Positions 8,124-18,158 of a stretch of DNA of 46,393 nt are shown one piece after another. This stretch comes from Clostridia bacterium (GTDB lineage: Bacteria > Bacillota > Clostridia > Christensenellales > DTU072). The notes under the pieces are model-generated. The model was not told the origin of the DNA. It did not search any database and saw only the letters and a list, made by a program, of their open reading frames with translations. The stretch's first letter is position 1. Every line of letters starts with the position of its first letter. The stretch spans positions 1 through 46,393 of the forward strand of contig JAFXIB010000098.1 in the NCBI GenBank assembly GCA_017533505.1, written 5' to 3'. The position numbers were made by a program, and so were the translations under genes.

Positions 8124-11100
8124 TTAACCACAAGATGTAGCGGTCACAAGGAAGTTTCGTAGCAAGGCAATACGCTGTTCGACGGTTTTTTTGCGATTGT
8201 CAAAGATAATCATGGGTGGATTGGATGGAGAAAGTATACTCTCCTTGCTAAACTCGGATATCGCTTTGAAGATACCTTCCTTGCCATACAACGAGCTATC
8301 GTCAAAGTGGAGTCCCATGCCTTGGTCGGTGGCAACAACTTTGGTTACACCTATCTTGCGAGCAAGATTTTTGATTAAGCCAACATTGATGAGATTGTTT
8401 ACACTCCTTGGCAAAACACCATAAATATCCTTCATTTCCTTGATGAAATCTTCAAAATCGCCGTATGTGGTAAGACTTGCCATACGCTTATAAAACTCAA
8501 CTCTCTTTGCGCTTTCCTTGATGTAATCTTTGGGAAGTGCCATATCGCCAGAAATGTTGACTTCTATTTCCTTTTCCTTGATGGTGGGCTTGCCTTGTAC
8601 TTCGTCAACACACTCTTTGAGCAGTTTGCAGTACATATCATAGCCAACCTTTTCCATGTTGCCGTGTTGCTCTTTGCCCAAAATGTTGCCAGCTCCCCTG
8701 ATTTCAAGGTCTTGCATTGCAATCTTGAATCCACTACCAAGCTCGGTGTAACGGAAGAGTGCATCAAGGCGTTTTTCGGCATTTTCGGTAAGAACTTTAC
8801 CCTCTCTAACGGTAAAATATGCATATGCCAAAGTGTTGGAACGACCAACTCTACCACGGATTTGATATAGTTCGGCAAGTCCCAATCTATCAGAATCAAT
8901 GACAATAAGGGTGTTGGCATCAGGAATATCAATGCCGTTTTCAATTATCGTAGTTGCAATGAGAACATCGGCTTCTTTGTCATAGAACTCTTTGAGCCTC
9001 TTTGCAAGCATACCTTCTTCCATTTGACCGTGAACATAGCTAACACGAATATCTCCACCAAGTAGGTCTTGGATGTCTGCGTGGAAGCGCTCTATCGTTT
9101 GCACTCTGTTGTAAAGTATGAATACTTGGCCACCACGAGAAATCTCTCTTATGCAAGCATCTTTTATGAGAGCGTCGGAGCACTCCACAACATAAGTTTC
9201 AACAGGAAGTCTGTTTTTAGGAGGTGTTTCCAAAGTGGAAATATCCCTTATGCCACTCATCGCCATATGCAAAGTGCGTGGTATGGGCGTTGCAGAAAGA
9301 GAAAGTACATTGACATCGTTTTTGAGCACTTTTATCTTCTCTTTATGCTCAACACCAAAGCGCTGTTCTTCGTCTAAAACAAGCAAGCCAAGATCGTGGA
9401 ATGTTACATCTTTTGCAAGAATTCTGTGTGTTGCAACAACAACACTTGTTTCGCCACTTTCTATGCGTTTTAGCGCACTCTTAATTTCACTTTGGGATAC
9501 GAAACGCGATAGCATATCAATCTTTATGCCAAATGGTTTGAAGCGCTCAAGCAAGGTGTTGTAGTGCTGTTGACAAAGTATTGTTGTAGGGGACAAAAAC
9601 ACTGCTTGCTTGCCTTCAATGATAGTTTTGAAGATGGCACGAATGGCAACTTCCGTCTTACCAAAACCAACATCGCCACAAAGGAGCCTGTCCATAATTT
9701 TGCCCCTTTCCATATCCTCTTTGATTTCGCTTATAGCAATGAGTTGGTCGTCGGTTTCTTCATATGGGAAACTGTCTTCCAGCTCTTGTTGCCATGGGGT
9801 GTCTGGAGAGTATCGATATCCCTTTTGGCGCAATCTCTTCTCATAGAGTTGGACAAGGTCAAATGCCATTTCTCTGACAGATGCCTTTACCCTTTGCTTT
9901 ACCCTATCAAATTCCTTGCCACCAATCTTGTGCAAAGCTGGAGTGCCACCACCTGTGTACTTGTCCACCTCATCCATTTTGTCAACGGGTAGATAGAGCT
10001 TGTCACCACCACGATAGAGTATGCAGAAGTAATCCTTTACACCCATAGATGTGGTAAGGGTAACAAGACCTTCGGACAAGCCTATGCCGTGCTTTTCGTG
10101 TACAACATAGTCACCCTTTTCGGGCATAACAAATGCTTGACGCTTGCGTGAAGCTGACTTCCTTCTAACTTCCGATTTCTTGATAATATCGTCAGTACCA
10201 ATGAGCGTCAACTTTGCACTTGGACAGCTAAAGCCCCTTGATACTCTTTCAGGGATAAGCAAAACGGGATAATTGTCTTCGGTATCAGTTGTAATATGAA
10301 CAGCTATTTCATTATCCCTAAAAAACTCTTGCATGGTTTTGCAAGTGCCTTCACTACCACAATAAATCAGCACTTGAGTACCACTAACAGTAGCCACACG
10401 AACATCATTAGCAAGCGCTTGATAGTTGGTGCTATATTTGGGGAGTGCAAGTGACTTTACATTAAAAATTGCTTGTGGCTCAAAGATGGGGTTAGATGAG
10501 GTAATTTGTTGGAAAGCAAGAATGGTCCTTTGATTGATGGCATCCAAAACTTCATCCCGTTGCATAAGGGAGTCGGCGTGCTTATCCAAAGCTTCGTCTG
10601 CTTCTATGAAGGACTTAACGCGAGTGAGATGTGCATTGCGTTGAAGCTTGATTTTGTCGTCAATGGTTTTGGGCTCATCAAGAATGACGACAGCGTCTTC
10701 AGGGAGATAATCAAGGAGAGATGAAAGCTCTTCCTTTATGAATGGAATAATCCAAGTAAGGGAAGGGTCAGAGGGGTTTGAATCCAAACGCGCAAGCACA
10801 GAGTCTATGATTTCAGAGGCTCTCTTGCGTGACTTCTTGCGAACAGATGTTAGTTTTTTGTATACTTCTTCTGCCGTTCTTTGGGATACTAATATGTCGG
10901 ATTTGGGAGCAATAATTAGCTCTTCTATCTCTCTAACAGAAAGCATGGTGTCTGGCGCAAAAGTGCGCATAGACTCAATTTCGTCACCAAAAAACTCCAG
11001 CCTTGTGGGAAGCTCGGATCCAGCTACCCACACATCAAAAACATCGCCACGCCTACTGAACTCGCCACTTGCAAGCACCTGTGATGAAAGCGTATAGCCA

Positions 11101-11564
11101 CCAAGTGTGAGCCTATCAACAAGGGCGTCAATGCTGATTTCTGCACCCTTCTTTAGATAGATTATGCTCCTATCAAAAATCTCGGGAGATGGAAAATATT
11201 GCATTAAGCCTTCAATAGAAATTACCACTCCTTTTGCCTTTCCGTATAGTATTTCGGCAAGGGCAAGTGTCCTATCTGCAATAGTTGGAGATATGTTTTG
11301 GGTGGCATTTATCAAAAGGTCATCTCGCTCTGGAATGAGCAAAATCTTGCCGTCAGAATAATCGTTAAGTATCTCTACTGCTTGTCTTGCCGACATTCTG
11401 TCCGGTGTTACATACACGAAGAAGTGCCCCACTTGAGAAGCGAGGTGGTATCTTGCATTTTGTGATGCATAGAAAACAGCACTTGACTCTTTACGCTCAA
11501 GCGCCCTATTTAGATTTTGGTAAACTTTCCCCAATCGGCTTAGGGAAAGTTTGGCAGGTAACAT
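8124..11564 (-). CDS. mfd: Transcription-repair coupling factor
   Basis: This 1146-aa ORF carries superfamily-2 helicase motifs (GDVGFGKTEV, DEEQRFGV, SATPIPRTL, QxRGRVGR), a UvrB-homology N-terminus and a TRCF C-terminus. Confidence 0.95.
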   Translation of the reverse strand: MLPAKLSLSRLGKVYQNLNRALERKESSAVFYASQNARYHLASQVGHFFVYVTPDRMSARQAVEILNDYSDGKILLIPERDDLLINATQNISPTIADRTLALAEILYGKAKGVVISIEGLMQYFPSPEIFDRSIIYLKKGAEISIDALVDRLTLGGYTLSSQVLASGEFSRRGDVFDVWVAGSELPTRLEFFGDEIESMRTFAPDTMLSVREIEELIIAPKSDILVSQRTAEEVYKKLTSVRKKSRKRASEIIDSVLARLDSNPSDPSLTWIIPFIKEELSSLLDYLPEDAVVILDEPKTIDDKIKLQRNAHLTRVKSFIEADEALDKHADSLMQRDEVLDAINQRTILAFQQITSSNPIFEPQAIFNVKSLALPKYSTNYQALANDVRVATVSGTQVLIYCGSEGTCKTMQEFFRDNEIAVHITTDTEDNYPVLLIPERVSRGFSCPSAKLTLIGTDDIIKKSEVRRKSASRKRQAFVMPEKGDYVVHEKHGIGLSEGLVTLTTSMGVKDYFCILYRGGDKLYLPVDKMDEVDKYTGGGTPALHKIGGKEFDRVKQRVKASVREMAFDLVQLYEKRLRQKGYRYSPDTPWQQELEDSFPYEETDDQLIAISEIKEDMERGKIMDRLLCGDVGFGKTEVAIRAIFKTIIEGKQAVFLSPTTILCQQHYNTLLERFKPFGIKIDMLSRFVSQSEIKSALKRIESGETSVVVATHRILAKDVTFHDLGLLVLDEEQRFGVEHKEKIKVLKNDVNVLSLSATPIPRTLHMAMSGIRDISTLETPPKNRLPVETYVVECSDALIKDACIREISRGGQVFILYNRVQTIERFHADIQDLLGGDIRVSYVHGQMEEGMLAKRLKEFYDKEADVLIATTIIENGIDIPDANTLIVIDSDRLGLAELYQIRGRVGRSNTLAYAYFTVREGKVLTENAEKRLDALFRYTELGSGFKIAMQDLEIRGAGNILGKEQHGNMEKVGYDMYCKLLKECVDEVQGKPTIKEKEIEVNISGDMALPKDYIKESAKRVEFYKRMASLTTYGDFEDFIKEMKDIYGVLPRSVNNLINVGLIKNLARKIGVTKVVATDQGMGLHFDDSSLYGKEGIFKAISEFSKESILSPSNPPMIIFDNRKKTVEQRIALLRNFLVTATSCG

Positions 11565-13711
11565 TATAGGTTAATCCTTATTTCTACCTTGTCGGTTGGT
11601 TTTACTCCACTAATAATAACGGTGTTTTCGCCCGTTTGTACTTCGGCCTTTTGACCATTTACAAGCACTTCATACTCGTCAATGTCGTACTCAAAGCAAA
11701 TGGTATATGTGCGCTCGCTTGGTACCAAGCTGATGTCGCCTTCTGCTGGATTGATGGTAAATACATTGTCCTTGAGAGCCATCTTTGTGAACACTCCCTT
11801 GCCATCAATGTAGTCGGTGCTTTCTCCATCATCTTCGTACAAAGTATATTCCCCGTTGCCTACATTGTAAACACTGATTACCATGCTATCGGGGTTGCCA
11901 CTAAAGTTACCTTCCGTTTCGGCATATGGCATGATTGCGCCAGCCTTTGCGTAAACTGGAATGGACTTTTTGTCCCTTGATACTTCGTGATAACCACCAC
12001 CAAGTACTTCGCCTGTGAAAATATCAGTCCAAATTCCTTCTGGTAGCCAAATGGTGCGCTTGCTTATGCCATCTTTGTTCCACTTTGATGTGATGGGACA
12101 TACCATAAGGTTTTCGCCAAACATATATTGGTTTTTGGCCTTGTATGCTTCTTCCACATCGGTATAATCGTAGTAAAGCGGTTTGCAGATTGGAACAGAG
12201 TGTTTGTAGTTGTTGTAGTATGCTGTATAAATATATGGTATCAAGGAGTGACGATAGCGAAGCGCTTGAACAGCTTCTTCTTCAACGGTCTTGTGATTCC
12301 AAGGCTCCTTGCTCATAACCTTGTTGTTGCTGTGCAATCTCATAACTGGAGTGAATACGCCAAATTGTACCCAGCGAAGATATAGCTCGTCATTTTCGGC
12401 ATTGCCCATATGGTGTCCACCGATGTCGTGCGACCAATGAGTATAGCCAATGTTGGATGCATTATAGGTGAAGTATGGTTGGAAGTCAAGAGATTTCCAA
12501 GCTATGCTAACATCTCCACTGAACCCCAAGGGATAACGATGTGAGCCAACACCTGCATATCTCGAAAGAATGAGTGGGCGCTTGCCATTTGCAGCATTAT
12601 CCAATGTGTGATAGTGGTTGCATGCCCATAGTGGATCAAGACCTGGGAGCTTCGACCACTTGCCTTGTTGCCAATCTATCCACCAAAAATCTACACCATC
12701 TCTTTCATAAGGTTTATGGAGAACCTTGAAATATGCATTCAAGAATTTTGGATCGGTGCAGTCAAACCTAACAGGATCACCGTTTGCTGGCACATCCATT
12801 GCTTTGCACATATCTTCATATTGGTCTTCAAAACTTCTTACACCACTTGCTGGGTGAAGGTTGATGGTGATACGAAGATTCTTTTCCTTGAGTTCTTTTA
12901 GAAATGCTTTGTAGTCTGGGAAAAGATCGGTGTTCCAGCTGTAACCAGTCCAGCCACGCTGACAGATATAACTATCCTTAAAATTGGTGTATCCAAACTT
13001 CTTTGCAACATCTACCCAGTGCCAATCCATATCGATGGTTGCAACGGTAAATGGGATTTCCTTTTCGATAAACTTGTTCATCAAGTCAAGATACTCTTGT
13101 TGTGAGTACTTGCGATAGCGAGACCACCAGTTACCAAGAGCATATCTTGGCACCATTGGTGGTGCGCCTGTGATTTTGTAGAACAAATCCAACACCCTTT
13201 GTGGGTCCTTTGATGCAAAGCAGTAAATATCCTTTTCGGGATGACGGGGTTTGCACTCTCCATCGGTAGCAAGGATAAGAGATTTATCTTCAAAAACAGC
13301 AACACCATTTTTGCCAATTACACCAAGGTCCAATGGTACAGCACCCCTTGACATATCAAGGGTGCGATAGGTTCCCTTGAGATTGTCCTTGTTGTTGGCC
13401 TTGATGTGCTTGCCATCAAGCACAACATAATCAATCCTTTGCTTTTTGCGATTGATGAAGTATGATGCCTTTTGGGTTTTGACTTCTATGTGCTTATCGT
13501 GGAAATGTAGGCTGAACTCCGATGTGCCAAGGTCGCGATACCAAACAGATTGTGTGGCTTCGTCAACAAAGCTTGACATGGGGTCAAACTCCACTCTAAC
13601 AAGCTCTGGAGCAATTACCGTAATACGAATATTGCCGGTAATATATTCTTGGTTTGGGTTGCCTTTTCCGTTTGTCTTGGCGACCAAATGAGCATCTAAC
13701 CTTGTTTCCAT
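11564..13711 (-). CDS. Glycoside hydrolase family 31 (alpha-glucosidase/alpha-xylosidase-like)
   Basis: It has the GH31 signatures IDMDW, DGVDFWWIDW and HDIGGH. The start was moved to the ATG at 13711, which has an AGGGAG RBS 8 nt upstream and lies 1 nt after the upstream stop. The stop overlaps the mfd start (TAATG). Confidence 0.8.
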   Translation of the reverse strand: METRLDAHLVAKTNGKGNPNQEYITGNIRITVIAPELVRVEFDPMSSFVDEATQSVWYRDLGTSEFSLHFHDKHIEVKTQKASYFINRKKQRIDYVVLDGKHIKANNKDNLKGTYRTLDMSRGAVPLDLGVIGKNGVAVFEDKSLILATDGECKPRHPEKDIYCFASKDPQRVLDLFYKITGAPPMVPRYALGNWWSRYRKYSQQEYLDLMNKFIEKEIPFTVATIDMDWHWVDVAKKFGYTNFKDSYICQRGWTGYSWNTDLFPDYKAFLKELKEKNLRITINLHPASGVRSFEDQYEDMCKAMDVPANGDPVRFDCTDPKFLNAYFKVLHKPYERDGVDFWWIDWQQGKWSKLPGLDPLWACNHYHTLDNAANGKRPLILSRYAGVGSHRYPLGFSGDVSIAWKSLDFQPYFTYNASNIGYTHWSHDIGGHHMGNAENDELYLRWVQFGVFTPVMRLHSNNKVMSKEPWNHKTVEEEAVQALRYRHSLIPYIYTAYYNNYKHSVPICKPLYYDYTDVEEAYKAKNQYMFGENLMVCPITSKWNKDGISKRTIWLPEGIWTDIFTGEVLGGGYHEVSRDKKSIPVYAKAGAIMPYAETEGNFSGNPDSMVISVYNVGNGEYTLYEDDGESTDYIDGKGVFTKMALKDNVFTINPAEGDISLVPSERTYTICFEYDIDEYEVLVNGQKAEVQTGENTVIISGVKPTDKVEIRINL

Positions 13712-13712
13712 A

Positions 13713-14612
13713 CTAAATCTCCCTGTATTCGTTTCTATATATTCCACCACCAAGGGCTTCACTCAAAAAGTTGTAGAGATATTCCATAACAGATATCCCA
13801 GCAAGGCTCTTTCTGTCAAGGTGGAAGTTGTGATAGCACCTTTCGTAAACAGCCCTAAACTGCCAACAATGCACTCCGTTTTGCATGAGTGCGTTTGCCA
13901 TGGTTTCCCCTTGTTCTGGCAAAAACTCGTCGTACATACTGTATGCAATAAAGCATGGTGGATAGTCTTCGGTAACAAGATGTGTTACGCTCATATCACC
14001 AAGCTTGTTTGAAATTGCCCTATCAGTTGCGTGCTTCAAATCAACCTTGAAAAACTTTTTCAAAAGATGGTATTGTGTGGAGTAATATTGGTTTTCCTTG
14101 GCGTGCTTGATGATATCATACAAGCCACTAAACCCTACAACACCCATAACTCTCATATCGTAGCTTGGAGCAACCGATGCAAGTGTGCTTGCAATATAAG
14201 CTCCTATTCCGTCTCCTACAAACACAACCTTATCCATATCAAGCGCCAAACTGCGATGGCAATCTTTGAGATAGGCAAGTAGCTTTTCGCACTCCTTTAA
14301 GCACTCCTTTGCACCAAGATTGGTTTCGCCACGATACTCAACATTGAGTACAGCTACATCAAGATTTGATGCAAGCCAAACACAAAAGGCACGCCTGATA
14401 TTCTTTTTTCTACCAACCACGCCACCACCATGGAAGTTGATGATAATAGGTAGCACCCTTTCAGATTTTCTGTATAGCGAAAAGGTCTGGAGCTTTCTTT
14501 CTCCATACCTAATATTCCTTTCGACAGCAACACCATCGTATTTGATGCCACGGTTAGCGTTTTTCTCCCGCTGTGACATATAAGTTTTTACCAGTCTATC
14601 TCTAACGCTCAT
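13713..14612 (-). CDS. Alpha/beta-hydrolase fold protein (HSL/esterase family) lacking the nucleophile serine
   Basis: It has an HGGG oxyanion motif (INFHGGGVVG), but the nucleophile elbow reads GDGIG instead of GDSAG. The distal D and H (YHNFH) are retained. Confidence 0.7.
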   Translation of the reverse strand: MSVRDRLVKTYMSQREKNANRGIKYDGVAVERNIRYGERKLQTFSLYRKSERVLPIIINFHGGGVVGRKKNIRRAFCVWLASNLDVAVLNVEYRGETNLGAKECLKECEKLLAYLKDCHRSLALDMDKVVFVGDGIGAYIASTLASVAPSYDMRVMGVVGFSGLYDIIKHAKENQYYSTQYHLLKKFFKVDLKHATDRAISNKLGDMSVTHLVTEDYPPCFIAYSMYDEFLPEQGETMANALMQNGVHCWQFRAVYERCYHNFHLDRKSLAGISVMEYLYNFLSEALGGGIYRNEYREI

Positions 14613-14619
14613 ATATAGT

Positions 14620-14648
14620 ATTTTAGCATATTACTCGCGCACGCGCAA
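14620..14648 (-). promoter_or_regulatory. Sigma-A type promoter for the esterase-like/GH31/mfd unit, possibly giving a leaderless mRNA
   Basis: The minus strand reads TTGCGC-GTGCGCGAGTAATATGC-TAAAAT. The -10 ends only 7 nt before the ATG at 14612, and there is no SD sequence. Confidence 0.45.
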
Positions 14649-14694
14649 TAGTGTTTACGCTTTGTTTTGCGCTAACAGTTTATTAAGTAATCCG

Positions 14695-17013
14695 TTAGAC
14701 AAGCCTAATCTCTACTTTATTAATGCCATTTACATACTCGCCATTTTGGTAGTAGAGTTCCCCATTAAGGGTAACTATGCCACTTTGAGGAACATGCACA
14801 ACAGCAGTCGTTCCACTTGGCAAAGTAAGATTTATCATTTGATTGCCGTTTGACTTTTGATAGTCAACTTTTATCAGTCCCTTTACGCTTGGAACCGTGC
14901 AGTTTAGGCTATCATACAGGTCATATTGGGGTGCTATTTTGACAACTTCGTAACCAGCCTCAAGTGGTGTAATACCAGCAATATGCTTGCTCATTATTAC
15001 AAGTGGACCTCCACTCCATGCGTGATTCATGGTGCCTTGCCAAGAGTTCCAAAACTCCCATAGTGTGGAGTAATTGGTGTTCACCATGTCCTCGTATCTA
15101 TCCTTAATTCTATCAACAGCTTCTTGATATTTGCCCATCTTTGCAAGAGCTTCCAACACATAATACTCCATGTATGGGCTTGCGTTTTGGGTGGATTTTA
15201 GCACTTCCAAAATGGTTGAGTATTCGCTTTCCTCGGCAAGGCCTGCTAAAACTGCAAGTGCGTTTGCTCTGTCGTCTGGCTTCTTGGCATCCTTGCTCTT
15301 GTAACCATCTTCCGTCCAAAGAGCTTTGTATCCAGCTTTGATTGCTGTCTTTCTTGTGGTGATAAAGTCAAGGTCATCTCCTACACCTATCACTTTTGCC
15401 ATTTCTTCTACACTTGTAAGCGCATAGTAAACCCACGCGTTTTCTATCGCTGTCATATCTGCCTTGTTGCCCCAGTCCGACCAATCCCATGAGCCTTCGC
15501 GATGTACAACAAGATTGTTTTCACCCATTTCCCAAAGCTTTAGATAGTCGATAGACGCAGAATAAACTTTCTCTAAAAATGCTTTGTCCCCTGTATATTG
15601 ATAATAGGTAAGGAAACCAACTATCCCAGCAAGTTGCTGTACAGGAAGTTCAAAATAGTCGCCACTTATTGGCACTACCGTTTGAAGAATCTTTGTATCA
15701 TCAATGTGAGCAAGCATTGATTCCACTCCCTTTTGGTAGAGTAAATAGGAGTTGCTGTCCATTGAGTACATTGTCATTATCATTTCGTTTGTGGCGTCGC
15801 CCCACCATTGAGCTCTCTCGCGGTCGGGACAATCCATATAATTATCACGCATTGTAACATATAGGGTGCGCAAGGACTTTTGCCACAAAGTGTTCATGAA
15901 CTCATCATCACACTTAAAATTACCTGCAAAAGCACTATCATATCCCGTTTCGCGATACTTTAAGGATATAATAGTAACTCCCTTTGGTATCTTGTATGTA
16001 ACATGCTCACCATTCATCCAACCCAATGCTTCAAACTCTTGAACTCCATCTTTGGTGATGTATGTGGTGGATACTGCACCTGTTATCTCGGTGTTTTCGG
16101 TAGTTATGCGTATCTTTTTGCCAGCTGGAGCTACCACTTTGAGATAGGGAGTAAACTGCGCATTGTAGGGTATATCTACGGTGATTTTTTCGCCAACAAG
16201 CTTGGTTACTGTGTGGTTTTCGTACTCTTTTGAGTTCTCGTAATCCTTTAAGCCATAGTCCTTGAGTAGTGGTATGCCACGAGAATATAGCTTTCCGTAC
16301 GCGCCAGTACCACCGACTCCATACTCGGTTGCCCCCTCCCAAGAAGATATGTCGTATGAAAGGCTTGTCCAGTCACCAATGTCTTCCCTCGCATCATAAT
16401 ATATGCTGTACTCTGGCACTCTATAATTGGGCTGATTAAATAGATAATCAATGTATGCGCTGTGCTTTTTCACCTTCCAAGTGCTGTCAGAAAATATGCT
16501 AATACCTTCGCCTATTGCTTCAAAAATAAAGCCACCTTGCCCACTGCTTGAGTAAGAATAATTCTTTTCGCTACCCCAAAACCATGCAAGAGCACAAATG
16601 GAGTTTTCGCCCTCGGTTAGGTATGGTGCAATATCTATGGAATCAAAATATCCACCAATCTCTGCGCGCTTTACACTGCCTTCAAACACAACATTTTGTC
16701 CGTTGATATATAACCAATACTTGGAGTCTGCTGAAATATGTGCTATTAGACTGCTTGGCACACTATCGATGCTAACCTTTTTGGCAAAGCACATCCATGT
16801 GTTTTGCTCGGTAAGGTTTTCCTTGTTCCATATCCACTTTGCTTGCCAATCAGTTTTTTCTTCTGTTTGGAGAGCTTGATACTCTAAAATACTTTCTGGA
16901 ATAACATAATCATTGCTAAATGGAACCATCTCCGAACTACCCCACGAAAAAATGGAAGTCAAAAATGCTATTGCTATATAAATGTAAGAGACTATCGTCG
17001 CCAAAAAGCGCAT
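14695..17013 (-). CDS. GH78-like alpha-L-rhamnosidase family protein with N-terminal membrane anchor/signal
   Basis: The motifs AKWIW, DCPDRERAQWWGDA and a six-hairpin C-terminal region resemble bacterial rhamnosidases. The start was moved to the ATG at 17013, which has GGAGG 5 nt upstream. Confidence 0.6.
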   Translation of the reverse strand: MRFLATIVSYIYIAIAFLTSIFSWGSSEMVPFSNDYVIPESILEYQALQTEEKTDWQAKWIWNKENLTEQNTWMCFAKKVSIDSVPSSLIAHISADSKYWLYINGQNVVFEGSVKRAEIGGYFDSIDIAPYLTEGENSICALAWFWGSEKNYSYSSSGQGGFIFEAIGEGISIFSDSTWKVKKHSAYIDYLFNQPNYRVPEYSIYYDAREDIGDWTSLSYDISSWEGATEYGVGGTGAYGKLYSRGIPLLKDYGLKDYENSKEYENHTVTKLVGEKITVDIPYNAQFTPYLKVVAPAGKKIRITTENTEITGAVSTTYITKDGVQEFEALGWMNGEHVTYKIPKGVTIISLKYRETGYDSAFAGNFKCDDEFMNTLWQKSLRTLYVTMRDNYMDCPDRERAQWWGDATNEMIMTMYSMDSNSYLLYQKGVESMLAHIDDTKILQTVVPISGDYFELPVQQLAGIVGFLTYYQYTGDKAFLEKVYSASIDYLKLWEMGENNLVVHREGSWDWSDWGNKADMTAIENAWVYYALTSVEEMAKVIGVGDDLDFITTRKTAIKAGYKALWTEDGYKSKDAKKPDDRANALAVLAGLAEESEYSTILEVLKSTQNASPYMEYYVLEALAKMGKYQEAVDRIKDRYEDMVNTNYSTLWEFWNSWQGTMNHAWSGGPLVIMSKHIAGITPLEAGYEVVKIAPQYDLYDSLNCTVPSVKGLIKVDYQKSNGNQMINLTLPSGTTAVVHVPQSGIVTLNGELYYQNGEYVNGINKVEIRLV

Positions 17014-17118
17014 ATAAACCTCCATACGGACAACTTATAAATCTATTATGATTATTTTATCATAATAGGAGTGTAAATTCAAGTAAGGGTTTAACTCTAT
17101 AATAGAATTGATGAACAA

Positions 17119-17149
17119 CAAAAAAGCACACATTTCTGTGTGCCTTTTT
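17119..17149 (-). terminator. Intrinsic terminator (bidirectional geometry)
   Basis: The GCACAC-ATTTCT-GTGTGC hairpin is flanked by an A-run and a T-run, directly after the 17164..17412 gene. Confidence 0.7.
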
Positions 17150-17163
17150 ATATAATGCTTTGG

Positions 17164-17412
17164 TTATTTCTTCTTGTCATTTTTGAATACGACTCCACCA
17201 ACAAGGAAACTTGATATGCTACCAAATGTAAGCAATGTGCCAAGTTGTCCAATAAGGTCAGTAACAAATGGCTTGCCAGCTTCCTCATGCCATGTTAAGG
17301 TCAAACCATCGTCTGTTACATAGTGGAAAACATAGTAATTGATGGCAAAAACCACCAATGCCATAATCAAAAATATTACACCAAGTTTGAATAGTCTTTT
17401 TCTTGTATTCAT
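17164..17412 (-). CDS. Small two-helix membrane protein (82 aa)
   Basis: It has two hydrophobic segments, an AAGGAGA RBS, an extended -10 promoter (TGGTATAAT) upstream and a terminator downstream. Confidence 0.55.
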   Translation of the reverse strand: MNTRKRLFKLGVIFLIMALVVFAINYYVFHYVTDDGLTLTWHEEAGKPFVTDLIGQLGTLLTFGSISSFLVGGVVFKNDKKK

Positions 17413-17542
17413 ATTGTCTCCTTATCATATTAAAGTAAGTAGCAACGCCCACTCACCTTTTAGCAATTCTTTATTAGCCCTATTATACCACAACTTTTGT
17501 TAAAAATAAATAAAAACCATTATACTTATCTATGGCTTGATG

Positions 17543-17664
17543 AACTTTGATGGAGTGGTACAAAATAAAAAACCTCCCGACGGGACTTTACTTAATTGTA
17601 AATGACCGAATGTGGTTTTTGGTCGAAATTAGTCTAAATTTGTTGCTTTTTATAGTATTTGCGC
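17543..17664. repeat. Long-hairpin intergenic element, degenerate copy
   Basis: The apical module AAAAAACCTCC-CGACGGGACTTTACTTAATTGTAAATGACCGA-ATGTGGTTTTT has substitutions that break the closing stem. The right arm shares TCGAAATTAGT with the copy at 1-57. Confidence 0.6.
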
Positions 17665-17688
17665 AGAGAGTTTTAGAATTTAAGTAAT

Positions 17689-17720
17689 AAAAAAACACCC
17701 TGCAGTTAGTTTGCAGAGTG
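17689..17720 (-). terminator. Intrinsic terminator ending the ABC/micro-ORF transcription unit
   Basis: The minus-strand RNA reads CACUCUGCA-loop-UGCAGGGUG (9 bp, one G.U) followed by U7. It starts about 15 nt after the stop of the 17735..17929 ORF. Confidence 0.8.
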
Positions 17721-17734
17721 CTTAAAATTATTTT

Positions 17735-17929
17735 TTATTTATCTTGTTTTTTTTTTGTTATAAAATTTAATATACCTAAAGCAAAAAGCTTTTGTAACTT
17801 TCGCTCAAATCTATTTTGTTTTATAACAATAACTGTAACTTTACGATTCCAATCTGAACTTTTTTTACGAAAACGGCCGGAAATAGAAAAAAGATCGAAT
17901 TTAATCGACCTTTTAATATATAAAATCAT
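17735..17929 (-). CDS. Hypothetical very basic 64-aa protein, last ORF of an ATGA-coupled chain
   Basis: Its start ATG overlaps the stop of a 34-aa ORF (ATGA), and the terminator follows directly. There is no recognisable homology and the sequence is AT-rich, so coding status is uncertain. Confidence 0.3.
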   Translation of the reverse strand: MILYIKRSIKFDLFSISGRFRKKSSDWNRKVTVIVIKQNRFERKLQKLFALGILNFITKKKQDK

Positions 17930-18158
17930 ATAGTTGTTTCTTTATTATTCATATGAACAGATTTAGATTGTTTGGAAGCGTGAGAGAAACCAGTACCTTC
18001 TTCAAGATATTGGTAGTTCGATAATTTCATTCTAATAGCCCTCTTGCTGCGATTATGATATCCATGTTCATTAAATATTTGAAGTAGCTTAGAAATATTT
18101 TTAAAACTGTTTTTTCCATGTATTGATTTTGTAATATTACAATAACGGTTCTTACTCG

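Noticed and set aside
13712-13762. A GH31 start at 13762 that overlaps the esterase-like gene by 50 nt.
   Set aside because: The internal ATG at 13711 has an AGGGAG RBS and lies 1 nt after the upstream stop, which is the more economical model.
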